Positions 28,349 to 39,078 of a stretch of 64,000 nt of DNA are shown in pieces. The stretch lies in NCBI GenBank assembly GCA_042096155.1, contig JBELMC010000001.1, positions 79,619 through 143,618 on the forward strand, read 5' to 3'. The notes under the pieces were generated by a model. It was not told the DNA's origin and did not search any database. It saw only the letters and a program-made list of their open reading frames with translations. The DNA comes from Dinoroseobacter sp. (lineage in GTDB: Bacteria; Pseudomonadota; Alphaproteobacteria; Rhodobacterales; Rhodobacteraceae). Both the position numbers and the translations under genes were made by a program. Numbering within the stretch: position 1 is the stretch's first letter; each line of letters begins with the position of its first letter.

Positions 28349-29302
28349 TTAGATCAACAGAACCGCCAGATAGCTCAGATAAAACGCGGTCAAGAGCGCG
28401 CCCCAAAGCCGGGTGATGTTCCAGCTCAAAAAGACAAACGGGATCAGCACAAGCGACGCGCCCCCCATCACCCAAAGGTCAAAATGCAACAAACCCCGCG
28501 GAACTGCCATGTCGCCAAAGAGGGAGGCGACACCAATGATGGCCAACAGGTTAAACATATTCGACCCGATGACATTGCCCAAGGCCACATCAGAATGGCC
28601 CCGAAACGCCGCGGCCAGCACAGCGGCGAGTTCTGGCAAAGAGGTCCCAAAGGCCACAAGGGTCAGGCCAATCACTGTCTCGGATACACCAAAGGCGGTT
28701 GCAATATTGACGGCTGAATCAACCAACAAGTCCGCACCCAGCGGCAACCCAAGCAAGCCCAGTCCCAAGAAAACCCCAATCTTCGCCCAGCTCATATCCG
28801 GGTCGGCGCCCTCTGGTTCTTCCAAATCTGGTGTGGCTTGCGCGCGTTTATGCGCCCGCGCTTCGGCGAACGCGTCCCATAACATATAAGACAATCCTGC
28901 CAGCAGCATGAGCCCGTGCATCCAGGTGATCGGCCCCAGAAAACACACCGAAATGAACAGAACTGTTGCCACAAGCATCTGGATATAGCTGCGTTGGCTG
29001 TCGCAATCTGCCGTCTTTAAACCGACAAGCAACGCCGGCACCCCTAGAACCAGCAGCACATTGGCGATGTTTGAGCCGACAACATTGCCCAACGCTATAC
29101 CTGGCGCATCTTCCAGCACCGCTTGAATGGAAATCAGCAGTTCAGGCGCAGAGGTTCCGAACGCGACAATGGTTAACGACACCACAAGCGCCGGGATACC
29201 CAGACGCAATGCCAGGTTCACCGCCCCTTTCACAAGCACATCGCCCGCACCCACCAAAACAAATAGGCCAAGGGCCACAAACACAAAATCCATCACGACC
29301 AT
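28349..29302 (-). CDS. Calcium/sodium antiporter (CaCA, YrbG-like)
   Basis: Two alpha-repeats: GTSAPE...GNVVGSN and GTSLPE...GNVIGSN. Confidence 0.93.
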   Translation of the reverse strand: MVVMDFVFVALGLFVLVGAGDVLVKGAVNLALRLGIPALVVSLTIVAFGTSAPELLISIQAVLEDAPGIALGNVVGSNIANVLLVLGVPALLVGLKTADCDSQRSYIQMLVATVLFISVCFLGPITWMHGLMLLAGLSYMLWDAFAEARAHKRAQATPDLEEPEGADPDMSWAKIGVFLGLGLLGLPLGADLLVDSAVNIATAFGVSETVIGLTLVAFGTSLPELAAVLAAAFRGHSDVALGNVIGSNMFNLLAIIGVASLFGDMAVPRGLLHFDLWVMGGASLVLIPFVFLSWNITRLWGALLTAFYLSYLAVLLI

Positions 29303-29305
29303 GGA

Positions 29306-29485
29306 TTACCCTTTGCGGCGGCGCGGCTTGCAGCCGCACGGATCATTGTTGAAGAGAAATTTTCCGCAGTTTGGGCACTTGCGCGGCTTTTGCAGCGCGA
29401 CTTTTCCGACATAAGGCAGCCGCAGCTTGCCGAACATCGCAAGCACCAACATTCCGATCAGAAAAAATGTGACGACCTTTATCAC
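29306..29485 (-). CDS. Small membrane protein with Cys-rich tail (59 aa, absent from the ORF track)
   Basis: GTG 29485 to TAA 29306 reads MIKVVTFFLIGMLVLAMFGKLRLPYVGKVALQKPRKCPNCGKFLFNNDPCGCKPRRRKG; it fills the gap between two co-oriented genes. Confidence 0.75.
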   Translation of the reverse strand: MIKVVTFFLIGMLVLAMFGKLRLPYVGKVALQKPRKCPNCGKFLFNNDPCGCKPRRRKG

Positions 29486-29491
29486 AGCGGA

Positions 29492-30289
29492 TTACAGCCC
29501 ATAACGCGCCCACAGCGCGTGATCCTCGGCCTGCGATAGCACCGTTTCGACCGCCTGCGCGCCAATCCGCGACAGCACACCCCGCTTTGGGCCATAGACC
29601 CGAAACTGCACCTTGTCGCCGAGTTTTTCTTTCATGATCGGCACCAGATGCCCGATCCCATCGACAAGACCTTTCTCAATTGCTTGCGCCCCCACCCAAA
29701 TCTCACCGGTGAACAAGTCCTCGTCTTCGGCCAGCTTCGCGCCGCGGCGGGCTTGGACATGGGCAATAAAGGCCTGATGGATCCGGTTTTGCAAATCCTT
29801 GATCCGGTCGATGTCTTCCTCACGCGCTGGGCGGAACGGATCGAGCATGCTTTTGTCTTTGCCCGCGGTATAGACGCGTCGTTCGACGCCCTGGCGGGCC
29901 ATCAGCTCATGAAATCCAAAGCCGGCCGAAATCACACCGATGGACCCAACAATAGAACTGTCATCAACAAAAATTTCATCAGCGGCACAGGCCAACCAAT
30001 AGCCCCCAGACGCCGCAACATCTTCGACAAACCCATAGACAGGAATGTCTTTTTCCTGCGCAAGCCTTCGGATCCGTGCGGCGATCAAGCTCGATTGCAC
30101 CGGCGATCCACCCGGAGAGTTCAAGATCAACGCCACGGCCTTCGGTTTGCCCTTGGCGAAAGCCTTATCGATGACGCTGGAAAGCGCTGCGTCGTTCAAC
30201 GGACCGCGCCCGCCATTTGCGATCACCCCAGACAGACGGATCACAGCAACGCAGGGGCTAGATTTACGGAAAGGTATGCTCAGTTTCAT
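29492..30289 (-). CDS. S49 family peptidase (SppA/SohB-like)
   Basis: LNSPGGSPVQS, DVAASGGYWLA and GSIGV motifs. Confidence 0.93.
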   Translation of the reverse strand: MKLSIPFRKSSPCVAVIRLSGVIANGGRGPLNDAALSSVIDKAFAKGKPKAVALILNSPGGSPVQSSLIAARIRRLAQEKDIPVYGFVEDVAASGGYWLACAADEIFVDDSSIVGSIGVISAGFGFHELMARQGVERRVYTAGKDKSMLDPFRPAREEDIDRIKDLQNRIHQAFIAHVQARRGAKLAEDEDLFTGEIWVGAQAIEKGLVDGIGHLVPIMKEKLGDKVQFRVYGPKRGVLSRIGAQAVETVLSQAEDHALWARYGL

Positions 30290-30358
30290 GAGGGGGATGT
30301 AAGCCGCGCCCCCCGGGTTAACAAGTCAGGGGCGTCAGCTTTATCCGTTCAACATGTT

Positions 30359-31846
30359 CTATCCGCGATACGCTTGCGTTCCGGCAACAGCACTGTGCCA
30401 CATCGCCCGTTTGGCAGAGCGCGTATCTGCCGCCATCGACGGCGCGAATCTGCGCTCCAACGCCCAAGTTTTTGCAAATTCGGCCAGGGCGGGATAGACC
30501 CCCGCCTGCATGCCTGCAACCCAGGCCACCCCAAGCGCGGTCGTTTCCAGAACCTCAGGGCGATCGACTTGTGCGCCCAGAATGTCTGATAAGAATTGCA
30601 TCGCCATGTTGCTGGCTGTCATGCCGCCATCGACCCGTAAAATTTGATCCTCGCTGCCACCCTGCCAATCGGCCTGCATGGCGCGTATCAAATCGACCGT
30701 CTGATACCCGACGCTTTCGAGCGCGGCTTTCGCAAACTCGGCCGGGCCACTGGCCCGCGTGATCCCAAATAGAGCACCGCGCGCATCTGGGTCCCACCAT
30801 GGCGCGCCAAGACCCGTAAACGCGGGCACGATCATCACATTCTGCTCTGGGTCGGCTGTTGCGGCCAAAGCGTCGGTGTGATGCGCCGCGTCAACCATGC
30901 CCAGCCCGTCGCGCAACCATTGCACAACTGTGCCGGCGTTAAAGATCGATCCCTCGAGCGCATAAGTCGGTGTCCCGTCAAACTGATATGCAATCGTTCC
31001 AAGCAACCGGTTGGTGCTTGTGACCAGCGTATCACCGGTGTTCAACAACGCAAAACATCCGGTCCCGTAAGTCGATTTGACCATGCCCGGCGCAAAACAC
31101 GCTTGGCCCAGCGTCGCCGCTTGTTGGTCGCCCGCCACTCCCAGAATTGGGGTTGTGCCGCCCAGCATATCAGTTTCGCCGAATGCCGCGCCGCAATCGA
31201 GCACCTCTGGCAACATCGCCATCGGCACCCCAAACATATCGCACAAACCCTGATCCCAACAGCCTTCGCGGATGTTAAACAACAACGTGCGTGCCGCGTT
31301 TGTGGCGTCGGTGACATGGCGCTTGCCCTGTGTCATCCGCCAAATCAGAAAACTGTCCACCGTGCCAAACGCCAACCGGCCCGCATCGGCCAAGGCGCGG
31401 GCCCCGCTGACATGCTCGAGCATCCAGCCCACCTTTGACGCGCTGAAATAGGGGTCGAGCAGCAGACCAGAGGCCTTTGCCACCGCCGGCTCATGGCCCG
31501 CGTCTCGCAGCGCTTGGGTCGTGGCCGCGGTGCGTCGATCTTGCCAAACAATGGCGTTGTGGATCGGCCTGCCGGTGTCACGATCCCAAATGACAGCTGT
31601 TTCCCGCTGGTTGGTGATGCCGATCGCGGCGATGTCCTGCGCCGCCAGCCCCTTGGTTTCCAGAACCTCGGCGCAGGTGCTCTGCACGGTACGCCACAGA
31701 TCCTCGGGGTCATGCTCGACCCAGCCAGAATGCGGAAAATGTTGGGTAAACTCCTGTTGCGCCACCCCTGCGACCCGCAACGCGCCGTCAAACAGCATCG
31801 CCCGCGTCGAGGTCGTGCCCTGATCAATCGCCAACACATATGTCAT
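30359..31846 (-). CDS. glpK: Glycerol kinase
   Basis: [38 protein letters not shown] and DGG motifs. Confidence 0.96.
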   Translation of the reverse strand: MTYVLAIDQGTTSTRAMLFDGALRVAGVAQQEFTQHFPHSGWVEHDPEDLWRTVQSTCAEVLETKGLAAQDIAAIGITNQRETAVIWDRDTGRPIHNAIVWQDRRTAATTQALRDAGHEPAVAKASGLLLDPYFSASKVGWMLEHVSGARALADAGRLAFGTVDSFLIWRMTQGKRHVTDATNAARTLLFNIREGCWDQGLCDMFGVPMAMLPEVLDCGAAFGETDMLGGTTPILGVAGDQQAATLGQACFAPGMVKSTYGTGCFALLNTGDTLVTSTNRLLGTIAYQFDGTPTYALEGSIFNAGTVVQWLRDGLGMVDAAHHTDALAATADPEQNVMIVPAFTGLGAPWWDPDARGALFGITRASGPAEFAKAALESVGYQTVDLIRAMQADWQGGSEDQILRVDGGMTASNMAMQFLSDILGAQVDRPEVLETTALGVAWVAGMQAGVYPALAEFAKTWALERRFAPSMAADTRSAKRAMWHSAVAGTQAYRG

Positions 31847-31884
31847 GACGGTCCCTCCCTTTTGATGTGACCTAACCGCAGTTT

Positions 31885-33435
31885 CTACTGGGCTGCAACG
31901 GACGGCTTGGTTTGCAACCATGCCTCAAGCACGGCGATTTGCGCGCGATCCATCCGCAACCCAAGTTTCGATCTGCGCCAGACGATGTCCTCAGCTGTCC
32001 GTGCATATTCTTTGTCGCGCAGCCAGATCACTTCGGCCTCCGTCAATGTGGCGCCGAAATCGCGCCCCAAATCCCCCAAAGACGTCGCCGCACCAAGTAT
32101 CTGCCAGGCATCAGTGCCATAGGCGCGGATCAAACGTTTCGCCCAGCTTTCGGTCAAAAATGGATATTCGGATTGCAGTTGAGCTATTTTCCCCGCGACG
32201 GCGCTGACTTTAAAGTCACCCCCGGGCAGGGGCACACCCGCTGTCCAGTCGCCCGTCATTGGCAAATGGTCCGACAGCTTGGCCAATGCGGCTTGCGCCA
32301 AACGACGATAGGTTGTGATCTTACCGCCAAATACGTTCAACAATGGCGCGCCTTGTCGGTCCAGGGACAACACATAATCGCGTGTGGCCTCCGTCGCCGA
32401 ACTTGCCCCATCATCATAAAGCGGCCGAACCCCGGAATAGGTCCACACGATCTGATCGCGGGTGATCGGCGTGTCGAAATAGTTGGACGCAAACTCGCAC
32501 AGATATTGCTGCTCATCGGGGGTGCAAACAGGCTGGGTGTCCAACGCGGTGTGTTCCTGATCTGTCGTCCCAATCAGGGTGAAATCCGTCTCATAAGGAA
32601 TCGCAAAAATGATCCGGCCATCTTCGCCTTGAAAAAAATAACACTTGTCGTGATCATACAGCTTGGGCACCACGATGTGGCTGCCGCGCACCAACCGCAC
32701 CCCTTCGCGCACGTTGCGCCGCAGCACGCCTTTCAAGATGTCTTCAACCCACGGGCCGCCTGCATTCACCACGGCCTTTGCCGTCACGACCCGCCCGTCG
32801 CCCAGTTCCAACTGCCAGGCGTCACCGACGCGCGCACCACTGAGCACTTTGGTGCGCACATATATCTCAGCCCCACGGGCCGCGGCATCCCGTGCATTCA
32901 ACACCACGAGGCGCGAATCTTCGATCCAACAATCTGAATACTCATAGGCTTTGGTAAATTTTTCCTGAAGCGGTCCCCCTTCTGGCGCTTTGCGCAACCA
33001 AATGGTCTTGGTGCCTGGCAAGATCTCTCGTCCGCCGAGATTGTCATACAAAAACAAACCCAAACGGATCAACCAACCGGGCCTGCGCCCTTTCATCCAG
33101 GGCATCACAATGTTGAGCAACCGAGACGTCGGTGTTGACGTTTCGAACCGCATATCGCGGTGAAACGGAAGCACAAAACGCATCGGCCAGCTGATATGCG
33201 GCATCGCCTTCAGCAGAATCTCTCGCTCGACCAGCGATTCTTTGACCAATCGAACCTTGAAGAACTCAAGATAGCGCAGACCGCCGTGAAACAGCTTGGT
33301 CGAAGCACTTGAGGTTGCACCCGCCAGGTCTCCCATTTCGGCCAGACCGACACGCAAACCGCGGCCTGCTGCATCGCGCGCGATGCCGACACCGTTGATG
33401 CCACCGCCAATTACGAAGAGATCAAAATCAGCCAT
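31885..33435 (-). CDS. glpD: Aerobic glycerol-3-phosphate dehydrogenase
   Basis: [40 protein letters not shown] and GGKITTYR motifs. Confidence 0.96.
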   Translation of the reverse strand: MADFDLFVIGGGINGVGIARDAAGRGLRVGLAEMGDLAGATSSASTKLFHGGLRYLEFFKVRLVKESLVEREILLKAMPHISWPMRFVLPFHRDMRFETSTPTSRLLNIVMPWMKGRRPGWLIRLGLFLYDNLGGREILPGTKTIWLRKAPEGGPLQEKFTKAYEYSDCWIEDSRLVVLNARDAAARGAEIYVRTKVLSGARVGDAWQLELGDGRVVTAKAVVNAGGPWVEDILKGVLRRNVREGVRLVRGSHIVVPKLYDHDKCYFFQGEDGRIIFAIPYETDFTLIGTTDQEHTALDTQPVCTPDEQQYLCEFASNYFDTPITRDQIVWTYSGVRPLYDDGASSATEATRDYVLSLDRQGAPLLNVFGGKITTYRRLAQAALAKLSDHLPMTGDWTAGVPLPGGDFKVSAVAGKIAQLQSEYPFLTESWAKRLIRAYGTDAWQILGAATSLGDLGRDFGATLTEAEVIWLRDKEYARTAEDIVWRRSKLGLRMDRAQIAVLEAWLQTKPSVAAQ

Positions 33436-33462
33436 CAGAGTCTCCTTTGCACGAAACGCTAC

Positions 33463-33514
33463 CATTTTCGTTTGGCGCGTCATACAGTGCGATTCATGTT
33501 CGTTGCGAAAAATG
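33463..33514. promoter_or_regulatory. Candidate GlpR operator sites in the glpD/glpR divergent promoter
   Basis: ATTTTCGTT (33464-33472) and ATGTTCGTTGCGAAAAAT (33496-33513) resemble GlpR half-sites (WATKYTCGWW). Confidence 0.5.
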
Positions 33515-33518
33515 TTCC

Positions 33519-34277
33519 ATGTCAGAAATGTCTCGCCGCGACATGATCCTGACCGCCCTGCGCGAGACCGGTCGAGTCTCGACCGACGCGCTGGCCAAAC
33601 AGCATCATGTCACCGTTCAAACCATTCGCCGGGACCTGGCCGAGATGGAAATCTCGGGCCTGCTGACCCGCACCCATGGCGGTGCGGTGCCGCGATCGAG
33701 CGTTGCCAATATCGGATACGCAGACCGGCAGGTTTTAAACGCCAGCGCAAAGCGCGCCATTGCACAGAGCGCTGCCCACTTGATACCGAACCGAGCGTCT
33801 TTGTTTTTGGACATCGGCACATCCGCCGAAGCGATGGCACAAGCGTTGCTGCACCATGACAGCCTTATGGTGATCACCAACAACCTGCGCGCTGCGACAA
33901 TTCTGGCGGAAAACCCCAGCGCCGAGGTCATTGTGGCCGGTGGCGTTCTGCGACGCGCAGACGCAGGATTGGTCGGGGAGCAGACAGTTTCATTTCTGCG
34001 GCAATTCAAACCGGATTTTGCGGTTCTATCCGCCTCGGCACTCGATATTGAAGGGGACTTTTTGGACTTTGATTTTCGGGAAGTTCAGGTCAGCCGTACC
34101 GCTCAGCAGCAGTCTCGCGTCACTATTCTTTTGGCAGATGCCTCCAAGTTCCAACGCCAAGCGCCCGTTAAAATCGGCTCTTTATCAGATCTTGACCATT
34201 TCGTGACAGACGCGCCTTTGCCCGCCCCTTTGTCCCAGGCTCAATCGCGATGGAAAATGACACTTCACGTCGCGTAG
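33519..34277 (+). CDS. glpR: DeoR/GlpR family transcriptional repressor
   Basis: HTH VTVQTIRRDL, RTHGGA, FLDIGTS and VITNN motifs; divergent from glpD. Confidence 0.9.
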   Translation: MSEMSRRDMILTALRETGRVSTDALAKQHHVTVQTIRRDLAEMEISGLLTRTHGGAVPRSSVANIGYADRQVLNASAKRAIAQSAAHLIPNRASLFLDIGTSAEAMAQALLHHDSLMVITNNLRAATILAENPSAEVIVAGGVLRRADAGLVGEQTVSFLRQFKPDFAVLSASALDIEGDFLDFDFREVQVSRTAQQQSRVTILLADASKFQRQAPVKIGSLSDLDHFVTDAPLPAPLSQAQSRWKMTLHVA

Positions 34278-34391
34278 CGCCCACCGAATTTGTGATCAGC
34301 GGCGCCGAAAATGCAAAAGGTGCGGCGTCACGTGCATCATCACAGCATCGCGCGAGATTAATGTTCGTTTCGGTCACGCCGAAATTCGAAA

Positions 34392-35018
34392 TCACGATGA
34401 GGCTTGCAGATATGCGATCAGCTGATCGAGATTGCCGCGTCGTTGATCCAGCATGGCACCGATTTCGCCGCGTTCGGTGCGCGCAAGGCTCACACCTTGC
34501 AGCCGAAGGTCAAAAAATCGAGCGGCACCGCCACGGTCCGCCACAAGAAATGTCAGCTCGATCGGTGAGCGGCCAGATTGCACCGACTCTGCGCGCACCT
34601 CGATATAGCGATTCACCGGCACCGCGTGGCGCACATTGATGGTCGCGCTGCGATAGTCGCGGAACTGGCTGCCATATTTTCGGGCCAAATATCCCCGGAA
34701 AGCCGTCGTAAAGCTGCGGCGTTGTGCATCCGATGCTCGGCGCCAGTCGGCGCCCAAGACTGAGCGTGCAATCACCGCAACATCCGCATAGCGGGCAAAA
34801 ATATCTTCAAATTCGCGGTATAGGCTTGATCCGGTTTTGCCAGAGGCAATCACGCGGTTAATCTCTGCCAAAGTCCGATCGACCAAATTCTTCGCCTCAT
34901 CGGCGCTGACCGCTGACGCCGATCCAGATCCAAGCACCGTGATTGCAGCCGCCGCTGCCCCCAGCATCACAGATCGGCGCGACAACTTATGGAGAAACGG
35001 GTTCGGCAAACGGGTCAT
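34392..35018 (-). CDS. mlaC: MlaC/Ttg2D phospholipid-binding periplasmic protein
   Basis: SRRSVML twin-arginine-like signal; IARSVLGADWRRAS...F...YLARKY; FFDLRLQGVSL...ERGEIGAML. Confidence 0.82.
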   Translation of the reverse strand: MTRLPNPFLHKLSRRSVMLGAAAAAITVLGSGSASAVSADEAKNLVDRTLAEINRVIASGKTGSSLYREFEDIFARYADVAVIARSVLGADWRRASDAQRRSFTTAFRGYLARKYGSQFRDYRSATINVRHAVPVNRYIEVRAESVQSGRSPIELTFLVADRGGAARFFDLRLQGVSLARTERGEIGAMLDQRRGNLDQLIAYLQASS

Positions 35019-35745
35019 TGAATGGATCCAAATCAGGACTGAGCACGCTGTCCCCATCCGGGCCCATCAGGGAGTAGCGGCGATTTTGTAAATAAAAACT
35101 TCTCAACTGACTATAACTGTCTGCGCTGTCATACAAAAGAGCATCGATCGCACGCTCATTTGCGTGTCGGTCTCCTACAATTTTGGCAATGCGCAGCTTA
35201 TTCAAGGTTTGCCGTGCGGATACGGTCATTTCAATCTGGCCCACAGGATCCATCGCAAAATCAGCGATTCGACCAACGGTGTCGCGCCCGGTCGACGGGC
35301 CCAGCAATGGCAGCTCAATATAAACACCCTCACCAACACCCCAGGTGTAGAGCGTCTCGCCAAAGTCGGACCGCTTTTCCTCCAATCCAAAAGACCGGGC
35401 CGGATCAAATACTCCGGCCACGCCAATCGTAGAGTTTATCATGAACCGGAACAGGTTATGACCGGCTTCATCAACTTTGCCCTGCAAAACGTCATTCACA
35501 ACATAGCTTGGCTGCGACAGGTTGCCGACAAAATTGTCGATGCCCGCCCGAACCGGCGCAGGCACGATAAACCCATTAATCTGGCCGGCAGGCCGTAAAA
35601 AAACCGTGTCAGCGGCTTTGTTCACCCCATGCGTGACACGATTGAGCCCCTCAAGCGGGTCGTTGACACCGTCGCGGGTCACCGGCGTCGTACAAGCCGA
35701 CAGCACCACTGCCGCAGCAAAAAGCCAAATGGCAGGACGTTTCAT
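34987..35745 (-). CDS. mlaA: MlaA/VacJ lipoprotein
   Basis: Lipobox LSAC; DPLEGLNR, RFMINSTIGVAGVFD, DFGETL and ELPLLGPSTGRD motifs. Confidence 0.92.
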   Translation of the reverse strand: MKRPAIWLFAAAVVLSACTTPVTRDGVNDPLEGLNRVTHGVNKAADTVFLRPAGQINGFIVPAPVRAGIDNFVGNLSQPSYVVNDVLQGKVDEAGHNLFRFMINSTIGVAGVFDPARSFGLEEKRSDFGETLYTWGVGEGVYIELPLLGPSTGRDTVGRIADFAMDPVGQIEMTVSARQTLNKLRIAKIVGDRHANERAIDALLYDSADSYSQLRSFYLQNRRYSLMGPDGDSVLSPDLDPFNDPFAEPVSP

Positions 35746-35985
35746 AAAGGTCTCAAACAACAGCAAAACAAACAATCCAAACCCAAAGCAACACGCGGGA
35801 CGAGTACATATATCACTGAAGACATTAAACTAGGATTAGAGTTGAGGTTTCAGACCCAGACCCATCAAAATGAACATTCCCTTTGCAGTAGCGCCATTTT
35901 CGCAACAGGTTGGTTGCTTTACCACTTCTATAACCGCGAAATTCGGGTACAACGCCGAGATCAATGCGCGTGGAAGGCAAACAGA

Positions 35986-37716
35986 ATGAACCGCAGATTA
36001 ACCACCGGCAAAGCAGAGCTTGGTCGTATCCGAAGAGCCAATATGCCACTCTTTGGATCGGTCTTTTTATTTTCGATTTTCGTAAACTTGCTGATGCTGA
36101 CCGGGCCTCTGTATATGCTGCAGATCTATGACCGCGTCCTTGGCTCGCAATCTGAGGAAACGTTGCTCGCCCTTACGATTCTGGTGGCCTTTCTCTACCT
36201 GATGATGGCGCTTTTGGATTTCGCACGCGGACGGGTCGTCGCGCGGGCCGGTGCCCGGCTGCAACATCGTTTGGACCAGCGCGTTTTCACCGCGATTCTG
36301 CGCGGCTCCATATTGCCGAGCATGCGACCCGGCGCGCTGGGTCTGCGCGATCTGGAAGCGATCCAGCGTCTTTTGTCCAGCCCTGCGATCTTAGCGCTGT
36401 TTGATGCCCCTTGGACCCCCTTGTTTCTTCTGGCAATTTTTCTTTTCCATCCCATGCTTGGCATCCTGGCGGTCGTGGGCGGCGGCTTCCTGATTGTAAT
36501 CGCCCTTTTGAACCAATGGCTGACGTCAGCACCGTTAGGAGAGGCCAATGGCTCTGTCGGGCGAGCCGAGCAAATGGCCGGACAAATTGCCAAAGAAGGT
36601 GAGACGATCAACACCATGGGTATGCGCCACGCAGCGTTTGCGCGATGGAAAGCCCTGCGGGATCTGGCGCTGAACCAACAGCTCAGCGCGTCAGACCGTG
36701 CGGGCGGTTTTTCGTCAACAACAAAATCCGTCCGGTTGTTTTTGCAATCCGCGATGTTGGGCCTGGGGGCTTATTTGGTTTTGCAAAACGAGCTGACGGC
36801 CGGCACGATGATTGCGGCCTCAATTTTACTTGGCCGCGCGCTTGCGCCAATCGAACAGACCATCGGCCAATGGCCGCTCATCCAACGCGCGATCCAGGGC
36901 CGTCGGGATCTGATTGCCCTGCTCGACAAAGTGCCGCCGTTTGAAACACCAACGGCTCTGCCGCGCCCGAAGGCCCAAATCAATGTCAAGGACTTGACGG
37001 TTGTGCCGCCCGGCGCATCCGCGCCCACCTTGCACATGGTTTCGTTCGATGTCGGCCCCGGCCAGGCCATCGGCATTATCGGCACATCAGGATCCGGCAA
37101 ATCGACACTTGCGCGCGCCATTACTGGGCTGTGGCCCCCGGCTTCGGGCTCGATCCGCATCGACGGCGCAACCCTCGCCCAATACGAGCCGGACACACTG
37201 GGCAGTTATATTGGCTATCTGCCCCAAACAGTTCACCTTTTTGACGGCACAATTACTGAAAATATCGCGCGGCTGTCTGGTGCGCCCGATGAGGCCGCCG
37301 TCATCAAAGCGGCACAGAAAGCCGATGCCCATGAGATGATCCTGAAGTTGCCGGAGGGCTATGACACCCAGGTCGGCGCGGTCAATGCGCGGCTCTCAGG
37401 CGGGCAAATACAGCGGATCGGACTGGCCCGCGCGCTGTATGGCGACCCGGTCTTTTTGGTGCTCGACGAGCCAAATTCCAATCTCGACAATTCCGGATCT
37501 ATGGCCCTGAATTCTGCCATCCAGAAGATGAAAGCCGAAGGCAAATCCGTGCTTATCATGGCGCATCGGCCAGCGGCGATCCAGGAGTGTGACCTGCTGT
37601 TGGTGCTCGACGGCGGTCGGCCGAAAGCCTTCGGCCCACGAGACGAAATTCTGAAAGCAACGGTCGCAAACCATGCCGATATCGCCCGGAAACAAGGCAT
37701 GGGAGGCGTATCATGA
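35986..37716 (+). CDS. Type I secretion system permease/ATPase (PrtD/AprD family)
   Basis: PLYMLQIYDRVL, Walker A GTSGSGKST, LSGGQIQRIGLARALYG and LDEPNSNLD motifs. Confidence 0.93.
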   Translation: MNRRLTTGKAELGRIRRANMPLFGSVFLFSIFVNLLMLTGPLYMLQIYDRVLGSQSEETLLALTILVAFLYLMMALLDFARGRVVARAGARLQHRLDQRVFTAILRGSILPSMRPGALGLRDLEAIQRLLSSPAILALFDAPWTPLFLLAIFLFHPMLGILAVVGGGFLIVIALLNQWLTSAPLGEANGSVGRAEQMAGQIAKEGETINTMGMRHAAFARWKALRDLALNQQLSASDRAGGFSSTTKSVRLFLQSAMLGLGAYLVLQNELTAGTMIAASILLGRALAPIEQTIGQWPLIQRAIQGRRDLIALLDKVPPFETPTALPRPKAQINVKDLTVVPPGASAPTLHMVSFDVGPGQAIGIIGTSGSGKSTLARAITGLWPPASGSIRIDGATLAQYEPDTLGSYIGYLPQTVHLFDGTITENIARLSGAPDEAAVIKAAQKADAHEMILKLPEGYDTQVGAVNARLSGGQIQRIGLARALYGDPVFLVLDEPNSNLDNSGSMALNSAIQKMKAEGKSVLIMAHRPAAIQECDLLLVLDGGRPKAFGPRDEILKATVANHADIARKQGMGGVS

Positions 37717-39017
37717 CCCAGAATTCACCCAACCTTGGTGCTCGTATGCCCTTGTTTATAGGTGTTTTTGCCACGATTTTGCTCGTTGGTGGCTTCGGCA
37801 CATGGGCGATCCGCGCAACCCTCGCAGGGGCCATCATCGCCCCAGGTCAAATTCAGGTCGACCAAAACCGCCAAGTCGTTCAGCACCCAGATGGTGGCGT
37901 CGTTCAAACCATCCTCGTTGACGAGGGCGACTTGGTCGCGGCCGGCGCGCCGCTGATCCGACTTGATTCGACCCTGTTGCGCACCGACCTGGCCATTGTC
38001 GAGGGTCAGTTCTTCGAAGTCATGGCCCGCCGTGCCCGCATGGAGGCGGAACGGGATTTTACAGATACACTCACCTTTGACCCCGAATTGGCAGCCCGTG
38101 CCGAGATCGATAACGAAGTCGCGGGCCTGATACGCGGCCAGCAAAACTTGTTCAATGCCCGCCGGATGTCGCGCGAGCAACAACGTGAGCAGCTGCTGCG
38201 CCGCAAAGACCAAATCAATAGCCAGATCGACGGTATCATTGCCCAACGCGATGCAATCACACGTCAGTTGGAGCTGATCGAGCAGGAACTGGACGCCCAG
38301 AAAAGCCTGCTGGACCGAGGGCTGACCCAGGCCAACCGTGTTCTGGCACTGCAACGCGAGCAAGCCTCGCTGGCCGGCAGTATTGGCCAGCTGACAGCAA
38401 ACGCCGCCGAATCCGCGGGCCGGCAGACAGAGATTGACCTACAACTCTTAAATCTCGACACATCCCTGCAAGAAGAGGCCATCACCCGGCTGCGCGATCT
38501 TCAAGTCACCGAATCTGAACTGCGCCAACAACGCAGTGCGCTGGAAGAGCGGCTCTCTCGACTCGAAGTGCGCGCCCCGGTCTCGGGTATCATCTACGAT
38601 CTGAGCGTGTTTGCGGAACGCTCCGTGATCCGTCCCGCTGACCCTTTGCTCTATATCGTGCCGCAAGATCGCCCCTTCGTCATTGCCAGCCGCGTCCAGA
38701 TCATCAATGTCGATGAAGTGGCCGTCGGCCAGACCGTTTTTATTCGGTTTTCGGCCTTTGATGCCAACGACACGCCTGAACTGTTGGGCCGCGTCATGCA
38801 AGTCTCGCCTGATGCATTCGTGGACGAGGCCACCGGGCAAAGCTATTACCGCGCCGAGATCGAACCGCTGGATGGCGAGCTGGAAAAGCTCGGCGACTTG
38901 GTGTTGATCCCAGGCATGCCCGTCGAGGCCTTCATCCGAACCCGGGATCGCTCGCCGATGACCTATCTGCTCGAACCTTTGGCGGATCATCTTCGCCGCG
39001 CATTCCGCGAAAGCTAA
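37713..39017 (+). CDS. HlyD family type I secretion periplasmic adaptor (PrtE/AprE family)
   Basis: VVQHPDGGVV, VRAPVSG and LIPGMPVEAFIRTRDRSPMTYLLEP motifs; ATGA overlap with the ABC gene. Confidence 0.93.
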   Translation: MTQNSPNLGARMPLFIGVFATILLVGGFGTWAIRATLAGAIIAPGQIQVDQNRQVVQHPDGGVVQTILVDEGDLVAAGAPLIRLDSTLLRTDLAIVEGQFFEVMARRARMEAERDFTDTLTFDPELAARAEIDNEVAGLIRGQQNLFNARRMSREQQREQLLRRKDQINSQIDGIIAQRDAITRQLELIEQELDAQKSLLDRGLTQANRVLALQREQASLAGSIGQLTANAAESAGRQTEIDLQLLNLDTSLQEEAITRLRDLQVTESELRQQRSALEERLSRLEVRAPVSGIIYDLSVFAERSVIRPADPLLYIVPQDRPFVIASRVQIINVDEVAVGQTVFIRFSAFDANDTPELLGRVMQVSPDAFVDEATGQSYYRAEIEPLDGELEKLGDLVLIPGMPVEAFIRTRDRSPMTYLLEPLADHLRRAFRES

Positions 39018-39078
39018 TCGGGGCTTTAAGGTCCGGCGCGGTGCGACTAGGTTATCCAAAATTGTAACGGAGTCCCCT

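Noticed and set aside
35629-35985. Long N-terminal extensions given by the ORF track (T1SS ABC, also rsmE, ilvD, fadH, cinA-like, glpK, mnmD)
   Set aside because: Extensions overlap neighbouring genes or promoters; downstream starts give family-typical N-termini.
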